Below are positions 49,901 through 59,789 of a stretch of DNA of 64,000 nucleotides, in pieces (position 1 is the stretch's first letter; each line of letters begins with the position of its first letter). The DNA is from Vitrella brassicaformis CCMP3155 (lineage: Eukaryota; Protista; Chromerida). The notes under the pieces are model-generated. The model saw only the letters and a list, made by a program, of their open reading frames with translations. It searched no databases and was not told the origin of the DNA. Where the stretch lies: the NCBI GenBank assembly GCA_001179505.1, contig CDMY01000666.1, positions 186,001 to 250,000 of the forward strand, given 5' to 3'. The position numbers and the translations under genes are program-made.

Positions 49901-51787
49901 CCAATACACCGAGTCAAGAGACATGGTCACGATGGATGGACAGCCACATTGAGACATGCATCAATAACAATAAACCTCCCCTTCTCTTCTTGTCCCTTCG
50001 TCTCTTCCCAGATACCGCCTCGTTGGCGTGACCGTCTTTGTCGGCTCGTCAAACAGGGATCCCCGCCAGAACACCGAATGCGAGTCCACTCCCTCGTCTC
50101 TCGACCCATCCTACACACTCAAATGCCCGGAGGACGCCAAGGGGCAGTATCTGTGGGTGGTGCGGGTGCCAGACCGGCTGGGCGAGGCCAAGTCTCGCCA
50201 GCCCGACACGGCCATGAGTGTGTGCGAGATTAGGGTGGATAGCAGGACTGCCGCAGAAGAAGAAGGGGCGAAGCGAGGGCTACCGACTACTCCTCCAGAG
50301 AAGGGAGGCGCCCCGACGGAAGAAGAGGATGGTACGAAAACCACCAGCCAATGCACGTGCCGTGTTCTGTGGGCTTGTGAAGATGCTTGTGTGTCGTCTC
50401 TGCAGAGGGCGTGGTTCTGTCTGGTCACAAAGGCTATGCGAAGGGGGCGTTGGAAGGGGACGAGGACAACTGGGGACGATACGAGAGGATCAACCCCCAA
50501 TTCGGCTGCAGCCACGACGACAAATCCACCACCAACTTCTGGCTGGGGGAGAAATGTGAGCAAACGACACATTGGTCTCTCAACGGAGACATCAATGCTG
50601 GTCTGTTTGTGTTGTCATGTGGTCAGATCCGGAGATGGAGAAGCACTGCGCGCCGCGTTTCTTCTACGAGCGTCGGGAGGGTCTTGGGTGCAAGGCCGAC
50701 ATCCTGCGGGTGCTCGATTGGCTGGATCGGCTGCAGGAGTACCGGTCCTACAATGAGAATCTGTGCGAGGCCGAGTGCAGCCTCAACCCCATGTGCATGG
50801 CCTACTCTCTCAAGGTGGGGGACTCCGACACACCGAGACACCCACTCATCCCTCCCACATACCATGTGTGTCAGGTTGACGCGAGCAACAGCAGCAGGGT
50901 CTTGTGTCGTCTGTGCAAGTTCACGAGCCCCGAACATTTCAATCGGGAGGACCACACCTTCGCCGGCCTCAAGATGCGCCACCCCCCTGACTACCCCCAC
51001 CCATCACACCCGCCCGTCCCATGCGCACCGCCGGACGGCTGCTTCGTCCAGGCCCAGCGGTCCGAGGGCGGCCCGGGGAAAGCCTGCGACCACAAGATGG
51101 CCCCTTCGGTGAGGGAGGCAGACGGCATCAGCGAGCAGGTGGCCGTGCATCTCGTCGACGTGGCCTCCATGAACAGACACGTCAAGAACACACACGACCC
51201 CATTGTTGACATACTCTGCAGGTGGTCGATTCGACGGATGAGACATGGATATATATGTACCATTGGATGGTCTGTCTGAGTGCCTCAGGATGCGCATGGT
51301 TCGGATGCAGCAGCTGCTGGGCAAGACGGTTCGCTGCTATGAGGTCTTCTTCGACTACCCCGGACACACACCAGACAGCGGCCTGCTCACCATCGAGTGC
51401 AGACTCTACTCGTCATCGGGAATAATGGAGGCTGGCGGCAACTTCAGGGCGGCTCAGGTGATCTATGGGCTCTGCCCCGCACCCACCGAGAGAGAGATTG
51501 CCGACGAAGAGGAAGAAGAGAAAGAGGGAGAGGAAGTCAAATCGGGAGGCGCAAACACGACAATCCCGACCACCGAGACACCATCGATGGTGCCGAATGG
51601 GACAGCTTTGGCCGATGTGTTCAGCCACAGTGCTGCTTTTGGTGCTGCTGGCCAGGCAGTGTATGGCTCATGGGCAGACGTGGGGTATAGGGATATAATG
51701 TGGCGTGAAGAGCAGCCGTCGGTGCGTCGAAAGAGAAAGAGGAACTATGGTTTGGCGCGAGAAAGGCTGAAGTTCCGCAGGCGATAG
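43936..51787 (+). CDS. Large secreted Cys-rich multidomain lectin/adhesin-like protein: PAN/Apple, LamG-like, fibrinogen/NEC-like and 2 F-type lectin domains
   Basis: Signal peptide MARKAGDFFLHLLIIASAFVPHGEG. Apple-like CCMACAQTEGCEAFIF, CEQIEDTEGCNAFNF and CEAECSLNPMCMAYS. FReD/NEC-like SGPYWLTADNTPFQTYCAFD...WTLI. Two FTP domains (ALNKPA.QSS..A.LAVDG...WLMVDLG...VGS...N..C...C...GQYLWV...MSVCEV). About 28 in-frame exons. Confidence 0.75.
48776..50245 (+). repeat. Tandem duplication (about 800-bp period) of the F-type lectin module including its introns
   Basis: Near-identical DNA in 49215-49430 and 50030-50240 (accgaatgcgagtccactccc, cagtatctNtgggtggtgcgggtgccagaccggct, gacacggccatgagtgt). 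The three introns sit at the same positions in both copies. Confidence 0.9.
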
Positions 51788-52036
51788 GTGCATGATGGAT
51801 GATGCTCTGTGTGTGTGTGGTTTGTGTGGGTGGGCGTGTCTCTAATAGGGTGCATGACCTGTGGCTCCCTCGATTGTTATGCTCGACAGGGCTGTCTCTG
51901 AGACTCTGTCATCACGTATGTATTCGTATGGCAATCAGTCCATGCACGGTGTGATCATTGGTCCACCCAGAGATGAATGTTCACAAGATCATCACAAGGC
52001 AAAAATCACAACATCATCACACACCCCTGCCCGCAA

Positions 52037-54740
52037 TCACTCGTTGCCGTCCTTCCCGTCACTGAAGCATTCGGTGTCGGTGCCTTCTGAGCCGACGTCG
52101 GTGTCATCCTCTACCATCATAGCCTCCATGGCCTCCACCATCATAGCCTCCAACGCAACAGACTGTTGAACAGAGGAATACAAGCGCAGCCAATGGATGC
52201 AGAGACGTCCGTGTGGGGAAACATCCTGTCGACAGACCAGGGTGCGTATGTTCTCATCGGCGTGGTGCGTCAGCTGCGAAAGCCTGGCCACTCCATCGGC
52301 CTACAGACGATAAGCAGATGGGCGCCTTCTTTTTTCGCCCGCATGTGACCTACCTGTCGTATGAGGTTGCAGTAGGGGTTGTGCGGGAGGCCGTCACGCG
52401 CCTGGACGTCCTCATCAAGACTGCAGGCAGACCGGCAACACAGGCGGGATGCTCGCCCATGGCATAGCTGTGTGTCGTGTTGTGATAGAAAGGGCACCGC
52501 AGTAAGTTGTGGACTACAAGGAGTGCGTCTCTGAGCATTGCGACCTCGGTGCCGTCCACAAGCAGATCGCACAGCGGCCCGACGCAACCACACTCAACCA
52601 AATACTCCACCTGAACAACCATGACATTACAGCACATTCTTTCCAGCTGGTCTTATCTGTACCTGCTGCTGCGATCCGAGTCCCACTCCATTGATGATAG
52701 CCCACAGTGCCTCTCGCTTGACGCCCGGCGTGTCTGTGGTAGCTATGGTGATCAGCAGGGGCACCCCACCACTCTCGATGACCACCTGGCGCTGCTCACG
52801 TTGGCGCTGCTCACGTGAGCCTGACCAGACACAGATACGTCATTGTCCCCACTGCTTTGTTTAAGCTCACCCACCAGCCATGATGTTGGAGAACGTCCAG
52901 CACGCCTCCTTGCGAATATTCTCGTTGGGCGACGACAGCAGCGCCCGCAAAGCAGGAATGGCACCGCACTCGATAATCGCCTGTTTCTGCACATCATTGC
53001 CTGAGAACACACACAAACAGAAACGCCCAGGCCGCCGCTCGGTAAGGCGTGTGCGCGTGTCGTCTCTCAGCATTTCGTGTGCCTACCCGCCACGATGTTG
53101 CCGATAGTCCTCACTGCAGGTTGCTGGATCTCACAGCTGTCATGGCCCACAAGCTCCACCAATCGGCCGCACACACCACTCCCGACTACCGCCTCGATGC
53201 GCTCGTCGCCTCTCTCGCTTGTGAAGTGCGACAGCACCCTGCACCCCTGTCTGAGCACTTCAGCGTCCTGGTCAGGCCTCTTGATGAGCTCTGCCACCAC
53301 CGGCACCGCTGGCGACACCAACTCGAAGAGCGGCTGGGGCCGGCCACGGCACAGGTTGGAGAGCGTCCAGGTGGCTGTGCCCACCATTGACACCTCCTTG
53401 CTCTCGCGCAGCACCTTGAGCAGCGGCTCCATGACGCCCGCCTCCAGCACCAGGTCGCGATGTTGCCGATCGCCGGCGATGTTGCCGAGTGCCCACACGG
53501 CCGGTTCGCGCACACCATCGTAAGGGGACGACAGCAGCTGCACGAAGGGCGGGATGGCACCAGCCTCGACAACGGCCTGCGTCTGCCCCGATGTGCCCCC
53601 AGCGATGTTGGTCAGCGACCACATGGCTTCATACTGCACCTTCGGCATGCTCGAGTCACTGAGCAACCCCACGAGTGGTTGAACGACGCCCGCATCGACG
53701 GCCTCCTGGGTGGGCGGCACTTCTTCGATGGCGAGCAGTCTGCCAACTGCAGCGGCGGCCTCAAGCTGGATGGCTGTATCGCCGCTTTTGAGTCCGTCGG
53801 AAATGACGCCGAGCAGACAGGCCAGGCTGACTCCCTCCACCACCCTTTGCCGTGAAGTCGCAATGCGGCAGAGTGCGCTGGCCACGTAGACGCGCTCATC
53901 GAGATGGGGGGACGATGACAGCAGCTGAATGAGGGGCGGGATGCCGCCCGCATCGACGACGGCCTGGGTCTGCTTCGATGTGCCCGAAGCGATGTAGGTC
54001 AGCGCCCACGCCGCCTCAAACTGGAGCTTCGGGCGAACCGAATTGGCGAGAACGGCCACCACTGGTTGAATGAGGCCCGCATCGATGGCCTCCTGGATGG
54101 GCGGCGCCTCTCGCAACAGGTCGCGGAGGGCACTGGCGGGAGCGAGTTGGATGGCCCCATCGCCGCTTTTAAGTCCCTCGGAAATGACGCCGAGCAAAGA
54201 TGTCATGTTGACACCATCCACGAGCCCCTTTCGTGAGTAGATGAGTTGCCCTCCTCCGTCGGGGGGTCGGGATCGTGAGTAGTCGACGCTGCAGACGACG
54301 CTGCAGAGGGCACTCGCCGCGTGAACGCGCACACCGAGCTCATGGGGGGACGAGAGCAAGTGCACGAAAGCAGGGATGGCACCGGCCTTAATGAGGGCGT
54401 CAGCGGTGATGGCGAATGGAAGGCGTATAAAGGCGATGGCTGCCAGGCATCTGGCCGCCTCGAGCTGAACGCTTGGAAGCCAGTGGCTCTTGAGTAGCAG
54501 CACCAGCACCGGCAGGGCATCGATGGCGTCGACGACAGCATAGATGATGTCCTTCTGGCATCCAGGCTGAGCCACAGTCAGCCGTCGATGCAGCTCACGG
54601 AGGGGACTAAGGCTGATGAAGGAAAACCGGCTCGAGAAGCGCTTCGCAAGTTGAGGGACGGTCAGCTGCTTCAGGTCGGGCCATATCAAGGAGCAAACGG
54701 CTGCCCAGATGGTGCTGAAGAAGGCTGAAACGCCCCGCAT
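52037..54740 (-). CDS. Importin-alpha-like ARM-repeat protein lacking the IBB domain, with extra duplicated ARM repeats
   Basis: [88 protein letters not shown] and [15 protein letters not shown] are importin-alpha signatures; acidic tail. The 54791 ORF start is TTG; the first ATG is 54740. Confidence 0.85.
52113..52152. repeat. 24-bp-period coding duplication ([14 protein letters not shown]) in the importin-alpha tail
   Basis: accatcatagcctcca occurs at 52113 and 52137. Confidence 0.85.
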
Positions 54741-55624
54741 CGCGATTGCGAATCCGTTTACAAATGCTGTAAATCGCTTGCTGTCAGTCAATCACGCTGA
54801 GCTACATCTACTGGTGCATACCACCTCTGGCTGATCTCTATTTCCTGCCTCAGCTTGACAAACTGGTTGACCGATTGGTGAAACCTTTTTGACTTATGTT
54901 CCGTGACGAGACACTATGCTTCCAGAGCCGCGGGCAAGCTCAAAAATGCTGTTGTAGACAGAGATCACTGGTCAAATCAGGCCAAAGGCTCCTTATCACC
55001 AGTCTGTCTGCGTGCCTGCTCCCGCCGAGGCCCGGCATCTATCCCAGACTGACCTCAGCAAAGGCAGTCGGAGAAGGATCTCGAGCTCACGGAGAACAGA
55101 CAGGCACACAGGCCGCACATCTGTCTGTCTGCCTTCAGAGCACATCAAGTAGACAGACGATCCATCCATCCACCCACCCATCTCGCCAGTGAGTCGGTCC
55201 GCAAACGAATTCAGACACTCACTAGGGGCGAGTCCGTCGGTCGGTCCGCGCACATGCACACAACACCCTCTCACGCAGAGAGATGAGATCCATGCAAGAA
55301 AGCTCCATACAGAGAGGTGACAAGAGGTGAGGTGAGCTGCACGGGCGTACGCACACGCGTGTATATACCAAACACAACCAAACAATGTGCATGCCACGCC
55401 TGCCCCTGCCTGCCTGTGCGTCCCACCCAGTATGCAAAAACATGGACCGGAGGCCCCCACCGATATAGAAATCGTGCAGCCGGCATTTCTGTCCCTCCCC
55501 ACTCCCCCTCCCTCTCTCCTTCCTACTCGGCCCGCCTGCCGGTTGAAAAAAGGCTGTGCAAGCAGGCGGGCGTGAGTGGCAAAGATCGAGGGAAAGAGAC
55601 AGAGGGAGGAGGTCATGTCATGTG

Positions 55625-57316
55625 CTAGCAGACGTCAGGGCCCCTGCGATGGATCAAGTTGCTCGCCGAGGAGGGCTCCGCCATCTGGACACACACACAC
55701 ACTCAGAGGAGGTCCGTCACCATGTGTGTGTGTCTTGTGTTGTGGAATGTGTTGTGGGGTGCATGCCATGTCACTGACCTGCAGTCTGTAGGCCAGCATG
55801 GCATTGTTCTGTTCTGCGCGTCGCAGCTTCTCCATCGTGGCCAGCAGCTCTTGCTTGAGCGCCGCCTCCGTCTCGCTGCCCTCATCCACACGACGCGCCA
55901 AACTCTGCACAAACCCACACACAGAGAAAGAAAAGTGTGTGTTGATGGTTCCCTCGTGTGCTGTGTGCTGTGCTATGTGCGTTTGTGTGTGTGTCGCAGT
56001 TTGCCTTATTCTTCTCGTGTAGGTTGCGAACGCCGTCACGCAGTGCTGCACATACCATACCAACCGGACACACACAGTGCACCCAATGGATGGATGCATC
56101 TCTCCCCCCGTCCCCCCTCCTAATCCCTCACTCACTTCTAATAGTGTTCTGCATCCTCCCTACTGCCTCGGCCGATGCGGCGGCGGGCTGGGAGGCCTCG
56201 GCCGCCTCGTGTGTGTCAGGGTGCGGGTGCATCGACACCAGTGTCGAAGACTGCACGCTGTTAGCCAACTCTGTAGAGGGAGGGACAGGGGACAGGTGTG
56301 GGTACGGGACTGTATGTGCGTCTGTATGGGTGTGGATGTGTGTGTGGTGTGTACCGACTATGACTGGGCTAAGCTTCATCATGGCACTCTCGGCGTTCGG
56401 ACAGCTGCACACACAACAACACAGGCAGGGAGGGGGGGAGGGAGGGATGGAGAGAGAATATCCATGCAGCCAGCCATTTCTCGATGCTTCCGTGGTGTGC
56501 TGTGCTGCGTTGAATGCGTTGCTCACTCACTCCTTGATTTGGTTGATGATGTGCCTCACCCACGCGTCAACGTCAAACTGCTCCAAGGGAGGATCGGAAG
56601 ACGACGCACCTGACGCACACATAGACACACACAAGTACACACCATCTCTTCCCATCCCTGTGTGGCCGCTCCGGTCGGTCACCCTCTACAGCCATCATGG
56701 CGCGCCTCTTTCGACCCCTCTCAGCTACGGGCGAGGACGCAGCCGCCGCCGCCGCAGCAGCAGCCACGGCCCCCTCGACAACACCACCCCCACAAGCACT
56801 GGCAGAGTCCCCCTCCATCCCCCCTCCCATACCACCCCCATGCACATGCACGTTGCTCTCGCCACTAGCCGCTGCTGCCGCTGCCGCCGCTGCTGGTGGC
56901 TGTCGCGAGGCGCTCTCGTACCGCACAAACTCCCGCAGCGCCGCAGCGGTCGTCTGTAGGTCCTGGTGGGTCTCCAGGAACGCACGAGTCACCTGCAGCA
57001 CGCCACACACACATACACAGGAAGGTCACACAGTGAGGTGTGTAGTGTCGTTTGTGTGTGTCGTGATGGGTTGAGGTCACTGACTCACCCCGATGTGTAC
57101 GTGAGGGAAGTCCCTGTTGAGCGAGTGGAGCTTGGCGGCGAAGGCCGCGTCGCCTCGGTGCGGCGATGTCCTGGCGACGCTGCCTGGGTCGCGAGAGTGC
57201 CCACCGCTCCCCTCCTGCATCCCCGCGTGGGCTCCATAGTGACAGCGGGTCTTCTTGCGCTCCATGCTCGGCGTGTGGCCGTCCATCGGCCGCTTCAGAC
57301 CGATGACCGACGACAT
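55625..57316 (-). CDS. CUE-like domain plus coiled-coil protein resembling plant 'ubiquitin system component Cue' proteins
   Basis: CUE-like LHSLNRDFPHVHI..TRAFLETHQDLQTTAAAL, then DAWVRHII, LRDGVRNLHEKNK and the C-terminus LRRAEQNNAMLAYRLQMAEPSSASNLIHRRGPDVC*, which parallels the plant consensus LE.NNYAL..HL.QA....RFHPDVF (from memory). Confidence 0.6.
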
Positions 57317-57445
57317 CCCGACCAACACACGAAATGAGGGCTGAGTCAGGCTTCAACTGTCTCCTCGTGGTGATGATGGCGGTGGAAAGGGATTCCTGGA
57401 GAGGCCTTCCTATGCATCGCTGGCTCTAAAATGAGTGTGAGACGA

Positions 57446-57467
57446 CCCTAAGCCAAACCCTGAACCC
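57446..57467 (-). promoter_or_regulatory. Telomere-like gggttcagggtttggcttaggg motif about 135 bp upstream of the CUE gene ATG
   Basis: Degenerate telomere-like units; shares AGGGTTTGGCT with 31239-31249. Confidence 0.3.
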
Positions 57468-57890
57468 CAGGACCGAGCCGCCTAGAGTTTTTTGTAGCGC
57501 GATGCATACGTGTGTTCTTAGTGAGATTCCCATTCTCCTGTACAGTCACTTCCAAGAAAAAAAAACCGCCGTCTATATATACAGGAATGGGTGTAACTGC
57601 AGGCGCCCCACCGGTCAATATCCACACCGGATCTCTCACTCACCTGTTTGTCTGCGGTCACGTAGGTTCCTTTGCCTTATGGAGAGCTACGTCTGCGGTT
57701 CCTTGGCGCCCGCGTAGCTCTCCATTGAAGGGAAGGAGACATACGTCACCGCAGACATGTCGTAGCTCTGCTCTCGCTGCTGGGAATGAATGGGTGGATG
57801 GGCCTCTTCTCTTCTCTGTCTGTCTGTCTGTCTGTCTGTCTGTGGTCGATTTATGTCTGTGGGTGCGTGTGTGTGTCGTGCCCCATCCGT

Positions 57891-58199
57891 CTATACAGCC
57901 CCACTCCCCACTCCGCCCATCCGCCCCTTCTTCACCCCCTCCTTCTCCCCCTCCTTCTCCCCCTTATCATTGCTGCTCTGCCGCTTGCGCTTCAGCCGCT
58001 CCATGCGGGTCGCCAGGTCCTCGTTCTCCTCGGCCGCCTCGCGATTTGTGTAGAAGATGACAGTCTCGGCAGCTTTCATGTCGGCCCGCAGCCACATGAT
58101 GGTCTCGCCCACACCGTTGAGGAGCGATTGAATGCTGCCAGCAGAGTTGTTGGCACGGCCCAGGTCAGCAAACACCGACGTGGACGTGTACCTGATGTG

Positions 58200-58234
<35 letters not shown>

Positions 58235-59289
58235 CGAGCTTGTGTGTGGTGTGCGTTGTGATACGTCTGGATGCTCACTCCACTCACCATTCCTCGTGGC
58301 ACTTGATCTCCTTCTCTCCTCGCTCCAGGTAGTGGCTGTGCACGCCCGACATCCTAGGAGGATGCGAACCGCTGAACGTCAGGAGCGGGAGGAAGCCGAA
58401 ACGACCACTCACGGGGGCCAACATGCCGCCCTGCACACACACACGCATTTGGTCTGCTTGGGGTTTGGGTCTGTGCAGGGGTGGACATACCCGCAGACGC
58501 AGCACCAGGTGCAGACTACTGTATCTCTGGATGTTGTAGTAGCCCAGGGTGCGCTCATCCTCAAGCTGCTTCCCGTCAAATCTGACACATGGCACCCAGC
58601 ATTACGGATGACCTCTCTGTCTCTCTATGACGTCTCTCTCTCTCTCCACAGAGCTCACATGAGCCGCTGTTGGTCGACGGGGATGCCCATGCAGTCCCAA
58701 ATCTTCTCCTTCACCCACAGCACAGCCGTGCAGGCCGGGTCGGCATGAAAAGGGAGTTCCTTGCCCGTGAGGGTCTTGACGAAGAACTCCACGGGAGTGC
58801 ACGGCGCCTCTCCGTGTGCCGCCCTGCACGCCGCCCTCTGCGCCACCTCCCTCTTGCGCAATTCCTCCAGCCGCTGGTACTCCTTCTCGTCGGCCTCGAG
58901 GCGCTCTTTCTCGGCCAAATATTGCTGCAGGAATGCCGAGTAGCCGTCCAGCTGTGTCTGCAAAGCCGACAGCACGCTCGCGGTGGCCTCGTGATCCATC
59001 CCTTTGATTTCGCCGACGAGTGACCGCCAGTTGCGGTGCGCAGGGGGCTGCAGGACGGCCGCCGGGTCCTCCTTGGCACCCTTGAGCGGCTGCCGGGCGT
59101 GCAGGGAGGTCATGCGCGCGTACAAAGGCCCAATGCGGTCGAATGCAGCCACCAACTCACCTGCAGCAAGCAAAGCTGGACGGGTGACCTGATTCATCGT
59201 GCCGATGGCGTGCGCCACTCACCGAGGAGGATGGCTCGACGAAGAGAATCGTTGGAGTCGGTCGCTGAGGCCGCAGCAGCTGCAGCCAT
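57891..59289 (-). CDS. Protein with an internal ubiquitin-like domain ending in LRLRGG, flanked by an N-terminal helical region and a C-terminal extension; the start lies next to the assembly gap
   Basis: Spliced [75 protein letters not shown]|[13 protein letters not shown]. Five exons join in frame. Confidence 0.85.
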
Positions 59290-59392
59290 GGCGCTCCCTT
59301 GCGCCAGCAGGCCGCGCAACGCCTGCAAAGCAAAGCAGTCGATCACGACTTCAAAGCTCGCTGAAGAAAGGGGGGGGGGGGGGAGGGGGGGG

Positions 59393-59692
59393 NNNNNNNN
59401 NNNNNNNNNNNNNNNNNNNNNNNNNNNNNNNNNNNNNNNNNNNNNNNNNNNNNNNNNNNNNNNNNNNNNNNNNNNNNNNNNNNNNNNNNNNNNNNNNNNN
59501 NNNNNNNNNNNNNNNNNNNNNNNNNNNNNNNNNNNNNNNNNNNNNNNNNNNNNNNNNNNNNNNNNNNNNNNNNNNNNNNNNNNNNNNNNNNNNNNNNNNN
59601 NNNNNNNNNNNNNNNNNNNNNNNNNNNNNNNNNNNNNNNNNNNNNNNNNNNNNNNNNNNNNNNNNNNNNNNNNNNNNNNNNNNNNNNNNNNN
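59393..59692. other. Assembly gap (300 N) flanked by poly-G runs
   Basis: N run with G-tracts at about 59370-59392 and 59693-59706. Confidence 0.99.
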
Positions 59693-59789
59693 GGGGGGGG
59701 GGGGGGAGAGGGAGGAGAGGAAGAGGAAGAGGATACAGACACATCCATTCACCGGTGGCTGCATTCCTTCTCCTTTGTTTGTGTCCGTA

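Larger units (their letters stand above)
6557..58287. repeat. Dispersed intronic microsatellites: (AC)n near donors and (GT)n near acceptors, plus (AG)n, (CT)n, (ACAG)n and (ATCC)n/(GGAT)n
   Basis: Visible in dozens of introns on both strands, for example 6557-6643, 6836-6899, 13096-13180, 19193-19304, 20648-20732, 25356-25431 and 58192-58287. Confidence 0.95.

Noticed and set aside
58655-58660. Apparent I44M change and stop (RLM*) in the ubiquitin domain
   Set aside because: Artefact of a phase-2 intron; splicing restores ATA (Ile44).
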